Positions 1 through 8,236 of a stretch of 64,000 nucleotides of DNA are shown in pieces; position 1 is the first letter of the stretch; the number at the start of each line of letters is the position of its first letter. The stretch lies in the sequence record PP763259.1, one strand, 5' to 3'. The stretch is from Acinetobacter phage Ab15. Position numbers and translations under genes: made by a program. The notes below the pieces were generated by a model, which saw only the letters and a program-made list of their open reading frames with translations, searched no databases and was not told where the DNA came from.

Positions 1-46
1 TTTTCGATATTTTTTCACATATACATAGGATGGGCGACTTTAGTCG

Positions 47-76
47 TTGACATTTCAAATGAACTCAGGTAAGATT
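47..76 (+). promoter_or_regulatory. sigma70-like promoter (TTGACA-17nt-TAAGAT) upstream of first + gene
   Basis: The sequence cgTTGACAtttcaaatgaactcaggTAAGATtccc is followed by the RBS aaaaggagg and the ATG at 103. Confidence 0.5.
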
Positions 77-102
77 CCCTTAAGATTAAAAAGGAGGAAA
101 TT

Positions 103-636
103 ATGTCCTACAAATCAGAGGTGCGAAACTCTAAAAATTTAACCCTAGAGGGATTACCTCAAACACCATTAACTAACCCATTGGCTTACTCCCCAAAATA
201 CTTAGGTAGTGCTACAGAAGAAATTGACATTATTGTGCTCCTAGATGGTTTAATAACAGACCCTAAAGTTTCCCGTATCAGTGCGGACATTGTGCTAGAC
301 ACTATGACAATTACCTACAAGGCATCCATAGACAATCTATACAAAGAGGTTGTGCTAAAGCACTCACCCAACGGAGCACCAGTAAAGGGACTCAATAGAG
401 TATATTGTCAGATTATCAGTAAAACGGATGAAAGTCAAGAAGATTTGGAGGATAAACCCGTAAAGTATTACTTTGAGGTATGGCGCACTAATACCGAAGG
501 GGAAATTGTAGAGCAACATTGTGCCCAACTTCTGCCACTATTAAACCTGTTATACCCTACAATTCGTGCCTTTAAGGTTAGATTAGGTGGGATTATCCAA
601 CAAGTTGACATTGTTGGTGCTATTCTGTTAGAATAA
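103..636 (+). CDS. hypothetical early protein
   Basis: A 177-aa ORF with a strong SD (aaaggagg) 7 nt upstream. No recognisable motif. Confidence 0.6.
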   Translation: MSYKSEVRNSKNLTLEGLPQTPLTNPLAYSPKYLGSATEEIDIIVLLDGLITDPKVSRISADIVLDTMTITYKASIDNLYKEVVLKHSPNGAPVKGLNRVYCQIISKTDESQEDLEDKPVKYYFEVWRTNTEGEIVEQHCAQLLPLLNLLYPTIRAFKVRLGGIIQQVDIVGAILLE

Positions 637-734
637 ATGCAATTCGACTACAATAATTTGATCTTAAGTCCCCTGAAGGATAACCTAGGGGGATATTCTT
701 AAAGATATTTTAAAAGTGGTAGATATTTTAAAAA

Positions 735-1052
735 TTGTCAGAAAAATCCGAAAAAGTGGGAAAAGTTTGGGAAATTGTTATGGATATGTTTGATTCTTGG
801 TATTCTGTATCAGAGGTGTATGCGGTAGAGGATAAGCTGAAGGTGGGTTGTATTAGAATGCAAGTATGTGTTGCGGATAGTGCACAGTATGTTTCATACC
901 TCATGTTATGTAAGTTTGAGGATATTAACCTTAAACATGTCCTAATGATGAAGCTTGCAAGAATAGCCCAGAAAAGAGGAATAAGAGGTAAGTTCATCGT
1001 GACAGCAGAGGACTCTTATGGTAACACAACAAGCCATGTCATAGATTCATAG
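735..1052 (+). CDS. hypothetical protein
   Basis: A 105-aa ORF on the + strand block. A weak SD-like gaaaaag lies upstream. Confidence 0.45.
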   Translation: MSEKSEKVGKVWEIVMDMFDSWYSVSEVYAVEDKLKVGCIRMQVCVADSAQYVSYLMLCKFEDINLKHVLMMKLARIAQKRGIRGKFIVTAEDSYGNTTSHVIDS

Positions 1053-1518
1053 GAATTTTTGAAAAATTTTTTGAAATTTTGAAATTTGAGATTTCTATAT
1101 TTGGTGCGAAACCAAAAAAGTGACCCTAAAAATATTCTCCACCCCCTAAAAATCACTCTTCAAAAGTAAGTCTTCTGGAAGCCTTTAAAATCAACCCCTC
1201 GGTTCATCGTTATAACATTACTATAACAAAAACCTACTAAAAACCCCCTTAAAAATTACCTAAAAGGTGTAGACATCGAACCCTTTTCTGTGGTATCCGT
1301 GCACGTTTCTTTATATAGGAAAGACGAAAGGGTGTATCTCAACCTTTCCATTGGTGAATATCCTTTGGTTCTTTGTTGGTAATGATAAAAGACTGGTTAA
1401 AATTCACCTAAATAAATGATTTTCTATAACTACTAATAAAAGATTTAATAAAATAAACAATTAAATTATCTTTATTTTCATGTATTTATGATTATTTTTA
1501 GTATTATTTTAAAATTTT

Positions 1519-1998
1519 TTGAAGGAAAGTCTTGCAATGAATCTAAAATTTGTTATTATGAACTCATACCAAGCAAACAAGCTAAACAAGCTTAAAGGAA
1601 AGACTATGAACAATATGATTAACGTACCAGTGGAATTTGTAATTGATGCTTTACAAGCTCGTTATGATGATGTGAAACAACATTGGGGTAATGATGCAAG
1701 TGAAGCCCTATGGGAGCAAGCTCTAGATTTAGTTGAGGAATGCGGATTAGGCAGTGACATTACAAGTCCAAGTGCTTATGTAGACAATTATCTCATTAAT
1801 GGGGAGTTTATTAGTAAAGAGGATAATATAGAAGATTGGTTACACAAAACTTCTCATGACGGGTGTTTTGAACAATTGAATTATGAAGGCGATGAATACG
1901 ACCAATGGCTAGATGATAACTTTGATAATTTCTGGCAAGAGTATTGTCAAGATAACGCTCTAATCTATAACGATGAATATGCTTGCTTATCGTTCTAA
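1519..1998 (+). CDS. highly acidic early protein (candidate DNA-mimic / anti-restriction, Ocr-like)
   Basis: 159 aa. The C-terminal ~120 aa carry about 30 D/E against about 5 K/R and are rich in W/Y/F. It is the first gene after a long AT-rich leader. The true start may be the internal ATG at ~1606 (MNNMINVPVEF). Confidence 0.55.
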   Translation: MKESLAMNLKFVIMNSYQANKLNKLKGKTMNNMINVPVEFVIDALQARYDDVKQHWGNDASEALWEQALDLVEECGLGSDITSPSAYVDNYLINGEFISKEDNIEDWLHKTSHDGCFEQLNYEGDEYDQWLDDNFDNFWQEYCQDNALIYNDEYACLSF

Positions 1999-2035
1999 CA
2001 CCTAAATAATATTTAATTTATAGTGAGTATTTAAA

Positions 2036-2233
2036 ATGATTAAATTAAAAGTTGCTTTAATTATAGTTGACTTTAAAAACAAACATTCCTTAAAGTTGAA
2101 ATTTATCAGTAGAAAAGATGCTTTTAATGTTTTACAACAAGATTGGAAGTTACTCAAAAGTGAGGTAGAAAACTTGGAATTAAATTTAAGTTTAATTAAA
2201 GATGATTTACACATTTATTTAATTGAGTGGTAA
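2036..2233 (+). CDS. hypothetical small protein
   Basis: A 65-aa ORF with a weak RBS. Confidence 0.3.
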   Translation: MIKLKVALIIVDFKNKHSLKLKFISRKDAFNVLQQDWKLLKSEVENLELNLSLIKDDLHIYLIEW

Positions 2234-2336
2234 CAGTTAGACAAACGTGCATTGTATTAATAGTGATATGATGCACAATATTAAATGATTCCTTCGGAGT
2301 TTTTATTCCATTACATTTCATAAAGGTAACATAACA

Positions 2337-2480
2337 TGAAACATTATCAGATCATTCATAATGGCTTGGTTTATTGTGTAGACGTCTATGCATCATCTAA
2401 AAGAGAAGCTATTGCACAATACAGACAGCAATGGAGTCTTGAAGGAAAACGCATTAACTTGCAATGTTGGGAAGTTTAAA
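2337..2480 (+). CDS. hypothetical small protein (47 aa, below ORF-track cutoff)
   Basis: atgaaacattatcag... gives MKHYQIIHNGLVYCVDVYASSKREAIAQYRQQWSLEGKRINLQCWEV. The upstream aaaggtaacataacATG may act as an SD. Confidence 0.35.
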
Positions 2481-2481
2481 T

Positions 2482-2679
2482 ATGACATACTCACTAATTA
2501 ACACGAATAAATGTGATGTAACTGCAATTGAGGTTATTTATAAAGGAGGTAAACGGCGCATATTCAATCTTAAAAACAAAGTTTATCGTCATGATGCTAT
2601 AGAATTACAAACTAAGCTTGAGAATTATGACAACGTGTTCCGTGTAAATTGTCATACAACATTAAACCACTATATATGA
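2482..2679 (+). CDS. hypothetical small protein
   Basis: In the track ORF 2464..2679 the more likely start is the ATG at 2482 (MTYSLINT), behind ggaagtttaaat. Confidence 0.45.
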   Translation: MTYSLINTNKCDVTAIEVIYKGGKRRIFNLKNKVYRHDAIELQTKLENYDNVFRVNCHTTLNHYI

Positions 2680-2691
2680 GGATATAACACA

Positions 2692-2898
2692 ATGTTAATC
2701 ATTAACCGTTACAAGTGTCCAATATCAGGTAAGACTTCGATATGTGCCCATAAAGTTAATAATATGAAAGTGATTAAGAGCTATAAACCATGCGATGAAT
2801 CTTTCATCGAAATGCTATCGCAAGGACATAAGCAATTTCTATTGTGTGATGTTCCAAATTATAGTATGTTAAGTAAAATCAATATTGTTAAGAGTTAA
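2692..2898 (+). CDS. hypothetical small Cys-rich protein
   Basis: A 68-aa ORF with the SD gagga 8 nt upstream. Confidence 0.5.
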   Translation: MLIINRYKCPISGKTSICAHKVNNMKVIKSYKPCDESFIEMLSQGHKQFLLCDVPNYSMLSKINIVKS

Positions 2899-2908
2899 TT
2901 GGGAGTAT

Positions 2909-3121
2909 ATGAAAATGATTAAATCGTTCAGCAAAAATGGTAAATATTATTATTGCAAAACAGATCAAAGTAATTGGTCACAATGGGCATGTCGTCATGA
3001 AGATGGATTGGAAACATTTGCTAAAGTAAGTGTAGCATCTTACAAATTGAAAAGACAAAATGTAATAGATGCGATTGATAATGTTGAAAATCGTTATTCA
3101 AGTGATGAGGTGTATAAATGA
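2909..3121 (+). CDS. hypothetical small protein
   Basis: In the track ORF 2885..3121 the likely start is MKMIK at 2909, behind gggag. Confidence 0.5.
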   Translation: MKMIKSFSKNGKYYYCKTDQSNWSQWACRHEDGLETFAKVSVASYKLKRQNVIDAIDNVENRYSSDEVYK

Positions 3122-3414
3122 AAACCGCACATTTAGAAAAAGAGTTTAATGCTCTAATTGATGAACATGAAAAGAAGCTTGAAGCTTTAGCGGAGAAGGT
3201 TAGGCAAGAGGTTATAATTCCTTATTGCAGAAAGAAAGGCTATGAGTATATATCTGGTATGGGTGACTTCTTTTTTAATGTTGTCAAAACCAATGAGATT
3301 ATAGACATATGTTGGGATAGTACAAATAAGGTTGATAAACTATTGTGCATGGAAATCAATTACAATCATCAATTAGGGGATTATATAAGAACTGTAAGAG
3401 AGTGTGATTTATGA
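3118..3414 (+). CDS. hypothetical protein
   Basis: 98 aa, with an ATGA stop/start overlap against the upstream gene. Confidence 0.55.
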   Translation: MKTAHLEKEFNALIDEHEKKLEALAEKVRQEVIIPYCRKKGYEYISGMGDFFFNVVKTNEIIDICWDSTNKVDKLLCMEINYNHQLGDYIRTVRECDL

Positions 3415-3698
3415 AGATTACAAAAGAACATGCATTATTCTATGCAAGCAAGAAAAGTAAGCTTTTCCCATGTGATGTTAGTATTCATACATTGATTAAC
3501 TCTCAAGTACACATTGAAAGAAATGTATACGAGAAGTATAACGATTTAGCCATTGTTAATAGTCTTTACCAACGTTGTAAACGTAATGGTTTAAACTTAA
3601 TAGCTGAATTAAGAGTGCTATCATGGAATAGTAAAGGTTTAAGGCATCATAGGGCAAGACTTTGTAGAAAGATTATTAAAAAATTATTAAGGGTGTAA
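3411..3698 (+). CDS. hypothetical basic protein
   Basis: 95 aa, with an ATGA overlap. A terminator hairpin follows it. Confidence 0.55.
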   Translation: MKITKEHALFYASKKSKLFPCDVSIHTLINSQVHIERNVYEKYNDLAIVNSLYQRCKRNGLNLIAELRVLSWNSKGLRHHRARLCRKIIKKLLRV

Positions 3699-3699
3699 G

Positions 3700-3738
3700 T
3701 TAAAATACTTACATCTTTTTTTATTGTCTGAAAATAAT
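3700..3738 (+). terminator. rho-independent terminator
   Basis: The hairpin gtaagttaaaatacttac is followed by atcttttttt. Confidence 0.5.
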
Positions 3739-3744
3739 TAAAGA

Positions 3745-3782
3745 TGGTATTGCAGTCTTTTATTATTCATGTATAATCAGTC
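3745..3782 (+). promoter_or_regulatory. promoter with extended -10 (TGtATAAT) and TTGCAG -35
   Basis: The sequence is ggtaTTGCAGtcttttattattcaTGtATAATcag. Confidence 0.45.
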
Positions 3783-3814
3783 TTAGAAACAACAAACATT
3801 GTAGAGATTCCCAA

Positions 3815-4150
3815 ATGGCTAAATTACTTGTAATTAAAACAACACAAGCAATAATCTATGTTGCAAATGGTAAAGTTACACTAGTTAAAAATGCCTTAAA
3901 TGGTCGTTTTATGAAAATCGCTAAATTTGCCAATATTGTGGACAATTTGATTGTAGCTGCTAAAAAAGCTAATTCTGCTATTAGCCAACACAAGACTTTT
4001 TACTATAACATTGAAACAAAATTAGCTTTGCGTAAATTTAAAAGTCTAGCGAAAATGGCTATTGCATTGTTAGGTGATGTTTTGGTGCATGTAAGCCGTA
4101 ACTATCGCCATGATGACTTTGATTTTACATTATTGGCTATGTACTCTTAA
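3815..4150 (+). CDS. hypothetical protein
   Basis: A 111-aa ORF downstream of the promoter at 3745. Confidence 0.55.
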   Translation: MAKLLVIKTTQAIIYVANGKVTLVKNALNGRFMKIAKFANIVDNLIVAAKKANSAISQHKTFYYNIETKLALRKFKSLAKMAIALLGDVLVHVSRNYRHDDFDFTLLAMYS

Positions 4151-4189
4151 GAGTATACATTAACAACATTCTATATAAGGATTAACACA

Positions 4190-4375
4190 ATGAGTATTAA
4201 ACAACATGTAGGAGGTTTTCTCTTCACGTTCGGTCTAGTAGTAGCTCTAGGGTTATTCTATAGCGCCGTTGCTGAAGGTAATAACCTGAAAGATACACTT
4301 TTATCAGTCCTTTTCGGTTTAGCCCTTGTATGGGCTATTGTAAAGGCATTCAAACAAAATAAACTTAGAGGATAA
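4190..4375 (+). CDS. small membrane protein (2 TM)
   Basis: 61 aa, with hydrophobic stretches FLFTFGLVVALGLFY and LLSVLFGLALVWAIV. Confidence 0.5.
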   Translation: MSIKQHVGGFLFTFGLVVALGLFYSAVAEGNNLKDTLLSVLFGLALVWAIVKAFKQNKLRG

Positions 4376-4380
4376 CCCAC

Positions 4381-4737
4381 ATGGATTTTATTGAGCAACG
4401 ACCTACCCCCAAAGCGGTTAGCACTCATTTTCTAGCTGACATAGGCACTACAAGCAACCCACAAGAATCTGTAACGGTGCATATCAAAGTTTTATACCCT
4501 AGTGTCATCACTCAGTTAGGAAATGAAGGGTTGAGCTTTGAAGCATGCCAAAACGAAGATGATCACGGGTACAAGGTCCTATTTTGTGCTTTTAAAGACT
4601 ATCTTTCCGAAGCTGCATTAATCATTAAGTGTAAAGATGATGTAGATAGTGTAACCTTAATTGAATTGGCACTGGATTACATCGGAGCGGGTAACCTCAA
4701 ATATGTTGTCAGTGAGCGTTACATTGAAGCTCTATAA
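4381..4737 (+). CDS. hypothetical protein
   Basis: 118 aa. The SD gagga overlaps the upstream stop. Confidence 0.55.
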   Translation: MDFIEQRPTPKAVSTHFLADIGTTSNPQESVTVHIKVLYPSVITQLGNEGLSFEACQNEDDHGYKVLFCAFKDYLSEAALIIKCKDDVDSVTLIELALDYIGAGNLKYVVSERYIEAL

Positions 4738-4747
4738 TTAGTTATCT

Positions 4748-4780
4748 ATCAAGGCTGCCCTAATGGGTGGCCTTTTTTAT
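4748..4780 (+). terminator. rho-independent terminator
   Basis: A GC-rich hairpin (aggctgccctaatgggtggcct) is followed by tttttt. Confidence 0.5.
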
Positions 4781-5148
4781 TGCCTAAAATAAATCAAAAA
4801 GGTTTTGCCTTAAGGGGTGTTATGTGTGGGGTGTTAGCACTACTCATAAATACTCCATGTCATATGTGGTTATTTCCTCATGGAATCGCTCAGGTTTAAC
4901 GGTGGCGGTGGGTAGTAGGGGTGTATATGTGGGTTATCTCTCAGGGCTATAGTGGCCTTACAGTATTGATAGCGCATAGATATTTTAGGATTTTAGGGTC
5001 GAAATATATGCCCCACCCGCGAGGGGTTTGGTGGGTTGTCGAACCTCTCAGGAATATCTAAACAGATATTTTGAAAGTCTTCCCAAAACTTCAATTTCGA
5101 AAAGCCAACCTTAAAAAAATTTTTTATAAAAATCCACTAACCTCAAAC

Positions 5149-5799
5149 TCAATCCTCAACAGATACCTCATAATTTAAAAGCGCATGGTAAACTCTTTCG
5201 TCTACCTTATCTTCCCACTTCTCAGCTAAAACTTTGGTTTGTTGTTCCTTGGCAAACTTGTATGCAGAAAAAGCTTCTTCAGGATTACTAAAATGACCTA
5301 AGAATTTTTGGGAGTTATTCAAACTAATAGAAGCTCTATATACACCCCTACGACTATCAAACCCAACACCTATTGGCAATTCCCCACGTATAGCCCTGCA
5401 TTTTGAAACAAACATATTAATCTCTCTAGGAACAAAACAAATAGTATCAACCCCATAAGTTTTGTTCCCTTTAACTAATAAATCTTTATCCATCTGGAAG
5501 GGCCTTCCTTTCTCATCAACCTCACCAAAACCTTTTAAACTTCTTACGAAATTATAGAAGTTTGTGAAGGATAGGAGAAAGGGTTCCACTTCGCATTCTT
5601 TGTAGGTTGGTTGGACTTGGTGATATTCATCACTATAGCACCGCTTCAACATACAACCCCAAAGGTCATACTCTTTCAACTTCTTTCCATCTTTCTTTAT
5701 AGGTATTCCAGAGTCGTTTACTCCAACACCATACAACTTACCCACAAGATACCTCCTAATTTTCCTAAAACATAAATTTTGTGTGCTTAGTGATAACAA
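5149..5799 (-). CDS. HNH homing endonuclease with NUMOD4-like N-terminus and AP2-like DNA-binding domain
   Basis: 216 aa. A NUMOD4-like segment (KKDGKKLKEYDLWGCMLKRC) is followed by an AP2-type domain (GVYRASISLNNSQKFLGHFSNPEEAFSAYKFA). Confidence 0.6.
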   Translation of the reverse strand: MLSLSTQNLCFRKIRRYLVGKLYGVGVNDSGIPIKKDGKKLKEYDLWGCMLKRCYSDEYHQVQPTYKECEVEPFLLSFTNFYNFVRSLKGFGEVDEKGRPFQMDKDLLVKGNKTYGVDTICFVPREINMFVSKCRAIRGELPIGVGFDSRRGVYRASISLNNSQKFLGHFSNPEEAFSAYKFAKEQQTKVLAEKWEDKVDERVYHALLNYEVSVED

Positions 5800-5986
5800 C
5801 CCAATACCAAAAAGAACACATAAAAAGAATGAACGTTGGTATAAATGCTATGAAAAGAAGACTGATAGAATCTAACACAGACTTGTCTTGAACTAATTTT
5901 ATTAAAAATATCCAAGCCTTCGTAAATAACACCACAAAGCAAATATAGAACGATACTATACCAAACATTAATAAAAAATCTATCAT
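5765..5986 (-). CDS. small membrane protein
   Basis: 73 aa with 2-3 predicted TM helices. Confidence 0.4.
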   Translation of the reverse strand: MIDFLLMFGIVSFYICFVVLFTKAWIFLIKLVQDKSVLDSISLLFIAFIPTFILFMCSFWYWVVITKHTKFMF

Positions 5987-6223
5987 TTAGTTTTCCTCTT
6001 TAATTACTGTGCCAAGAACCTTGAGTTCACCATTTCTGTAGTTATTATATTGACCATTTGACCAATGAACCTTCCACCATATCATATTCTCATCATCACT
6101 TTCATGTGCCACTCTAACCACTTCACCAACGATACCTCTTGGGTTGTCTAGATAGTTTCCTTCCCAGTATGGACTTAGGGGATCTAGTGTAACTTTTGCA
6201 CCAACAAATAATCTACGGCTCAT
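5987..6223 (-). CDS. paralog-array member 1 (SH3-like small beta-barrel domain only)
   Basis: 78 aa. It carries the shared motifs GAKVTL, NP.GI.G.V and W.V.WSNG..N.Y...LKVLG. Confidence 0.6.
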   Translation of the reverse strand: MSRRLFVGAKVTLDPLSPYWEGNYLDNPRGIVGEVVRVAHESDDENMIWWKVHWSNGQYNNYRNGELKVLGTVIKEEN

Positions 6224-6464
6224 CGACCACCACTCCTAGAATCTTCAGATCTTCAGCATCGTATCCATTATACTTCCCATTACTCCAATGTACACCAATC
6301 CTTAAATCGCCACCTGTTTCATCAGAGTCCCATATTTTCCAAACAAGACCAGATATACCTGAAGGGTTAAAAGAGTGTTCAGGTGCCTCACTATTGAAGT
6401 ACTGTGAGTTCCTAGCTATTGTTACCTTAGTGCCAACTTTAAAATCTTCTATTTTATTCACCAT
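6213..6464 (-). CDS. paralog-array member 2
   Basis: 83 aa with the same domain (GTKVTI...HWSNGKYNGYDAEDLKILG). Confidence 0.6.
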   Translation of the reverse strand: MVNKIEDFKVGTKVTIARNSQYFNSEAPEHSFNPSGISGLVWKIWDSDETGGDLRIGVHWSNGKYNGYDAEDLKILGVVVDEP

Positions 6465-6699
6465 CGACCACCACTCCTAAAACCTTTAAGTCACCATCTT
6501 GGTAGGTGTTAGATTCACCATTACTCCACTTAACTCCCCACCAGATTTCATCTTCCTCTTCATCCTCAGCAGCAATACCAGTTACAACACCTGCAATATC
6601 TGATGGATTTCTATAATAATTCCCATAATAAATACTCTTTGAGTCAATGGTGACTTTTGCACCAATGAACAACTTCCGATCTCCCTCTACTATTACCAT
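6454..6699 (-). CDS. paralog-array member 3
   Basis: 81 aa with the same domain (GAKVTI...KWSNGESNTYQDGDLKVLG). Confidence 0.6.
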   Translation of the reverse strand: MVIVEGDRKLFIGAKVTIDSKSIYYGNYYRNPSDIAGVVTGIAAEDEEEDEIWWGVKWSNGESNTYQDGDLKVLGVVVDGE

Positions 6700-7268
6700 G
6701 TTGGCAAACCCTCCACAAACTTTTTACACCAATGTACTCTACCACAAGACCAAGAACCACAGAAAGATATCTCTCCAAATCTTGAGTGCAATTTTACCTC
6801 AATTTTATCTTTCCAATCACCACCTCTTGATCTAACACCCCACCCCCAAATATAGAAGTGTGTCCCATCAAATACTAAAGGTGCAATTCCACACTCATTA
6901 GTTCTTAAGTCACGCACTTCTAATAAATCACCAACATAAAGTGGCCCACGCTCAAATAGATTGATTTTTGAGTAAGTTCCAATTCTACCTAAATGGTAAA
7001 TATCTCCATGTATGTTTGTATATAGTTCTCCAAAATTATAACCTTGACCAAGAACCTTTAAATCAAATGCATCATATGAATTTCTTTGACCATTATTCCA
7101 CTGAACTTGGTAGGGTAAATGGCATACTTTACAACCATCCAGTTGATTCCTTGTGACTACTCCAGCGATTCCTTGTGGGTTGTCGAACATACCATCATCA
7201 CTCCACCACTCAGATTCTTTACTTAAGGTTACTTTTGTCCCAATTACAATTTCTTTGTGCACAACCAT
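6693..7268 (-). CDS. paralog-array member 4 (shared N-domain plus ~110-aa C-terminal domain)
   Basis: 191 aa. The N-domain is GTKVTL...QWNNGQRNSYDAFDLKVLG. The C-terminal domain (PLYVGDLLEVRD...) is shared with the next gene. Confidence 0.6.
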   Translation of the reverse strand: MVVHKEIVIGTKVTLSKESEWWSDDGMFDNPQGIAGVVTRNQLDGCKVCHLPYQVQWNNGQRNSYDAFDLKVLGQGYNFGELYTNIHGDIYHLGRIGTYSKINLFERGPLYVGDLLEVRDLRTNECGIAPLVFDGTHFYIWGWGVRSRGGDWKDKIEVKLHSRFGEISFCGSWSCGRVHWCKKFVEGLPTW

Positions 7269-7271
7269 CTC

Positions 7272-7829
7272 CTATTCAACACCAGTTACACCATCAAGTG
7301 TATCTCTAACTACAAATTTAGGTCCGTAATCAGGTTCCTTCTGAAATGATTCATGTTTTTCATAATTAACATCACCCCAAGTATTACCATTTAGTGTTGC
7401 CGATCTATAACCCATGATAAAGTAACCTTTCTTAGTTTTAACTACAGGATGAATGCTAGGAACACTGTCTTCAAAGCCTATCTTAACCAAATCACCAACA
7501 AACAGAGGTAATCCATCAGTGCCAACCAGAGGTGTTGCTTCACCAATATTACCGTAAAACTCATCATCGTAATGATCATTTCTCTTGACAAGGTATTTCG
7601 GAAGGATTACTTGACCTAAAACCTTCAGGTCATCTGCTTCATAGTAATTAGTTTTACCATTTGACCATTTAACCACAAAGCGCAGTCTCAAATTGTCATT
7701 TATTGAAATGACCTGCCCATGAATCCCTACTGGGTTCAAAGGTGATGATTCTCCATTACTGAGTGTTACAGCCCAACGGCTGCTCTTCTCTAAAGTAACT
7801 TTAGTTCCAACCTGAATTATCTTTTCCAC
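7272..7829 (-). CDS. paralog-array member 5 (N-domain plus C-domain)
   Basis: 185 aa. The N-domain is GTKVTL...KWSNGKTNYYEADDLKVLG. The C-terminal PLFVGDLVKIGF... matches member 4. Confidence 0.6.
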   Translation of the reverse strand: MEKIIQVGTKVTLEKSSRWAVTLSNGESSPLNPVGIHGQVISINDNLRLRFVVKWSNGKTNYYEADDLKVLGQVILPKYLVKRNDHYDDEFYGNIGEATPLVGTDGLPLFVGDLVKIGFEDSVPSIHPVVKTKKGYFIMGYRSATLNGNTWGDVNYEKHESFQKEPDYGPKFVVRDTLDGVTGVE

Positions 7830-7932
7830 AACAACCTCTCATGTTTACTTATGGGCTTTTACCCTTAGAACTATATTTAGTTTACCTTTTTTAGTGAAGT
7901 ACTTCAAGTCTGAATTTGTGCTATCTTAACAC

Positions 7933-7966
7933 TTAACAAAAAAAAAGCCACCTTACAGTGGCCTCT
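7933..7966 (-). terminator. rho-independent terminator (minus strand)
   Basis: The reverse complement reads gaggccactgtaaggtggctttttttttt, a hairpin plus a T9 run downstream of gene 7988..8236. Confidence 0.6.
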
Positions 7967-7987
7967 ATTTTAACTTACTTAGTTTTC

Positions 7988-8236
7988 TTATTCAAGACTT
8001 TCAATTTCCTCACCAGAAATATGTCGCACTAATTCCCAGTATTGCTTGTAGAAATCTTTTCGTCCTAACTTACACATTTCCAAAATTTGCTCTTCGGCTT
8101 GTGGTTCGGTTAGACCTTCGTTGTTGACCAGCAAGTATTTCAATACTGAAATCTCCATCAGTAACTTATCCTTTGCAGCTTTGTTACGAATGTCTTCCAG
8201 AACGGTTAGAACTTTTTCTTCAAATACTTGACTCAT
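7988..8236 (-). CDS. hypothetical protein
   Basis: 82 aa. Its start overlaps the upstream stop (ATGA). Confidence 0.55.
   Translation of the reverse strand: MSQVFEEKVLTVLEDIRNKAAKDKLLMEISVLKYLLVNNEGLTEPQAEEQILEMCKLGRKDFYKQYWELVRHISGEEIESLE

Noticed and set aside
4790-5070. Canonical G-quadruplex call
   Set aside because: Only three clear G3+ tracts occur within suitable spacing. A fourth would have to be GG, so only a weak or atypical G4 is possible.
5987-7829. Repetitive ~250-bp units on the minus strand (possible repeat array or mobile element)
   Set aside because: Each unit is a complete ORF with its own start and stop. Similarity is at the protein-domain level, so this is a paralogous gene array.
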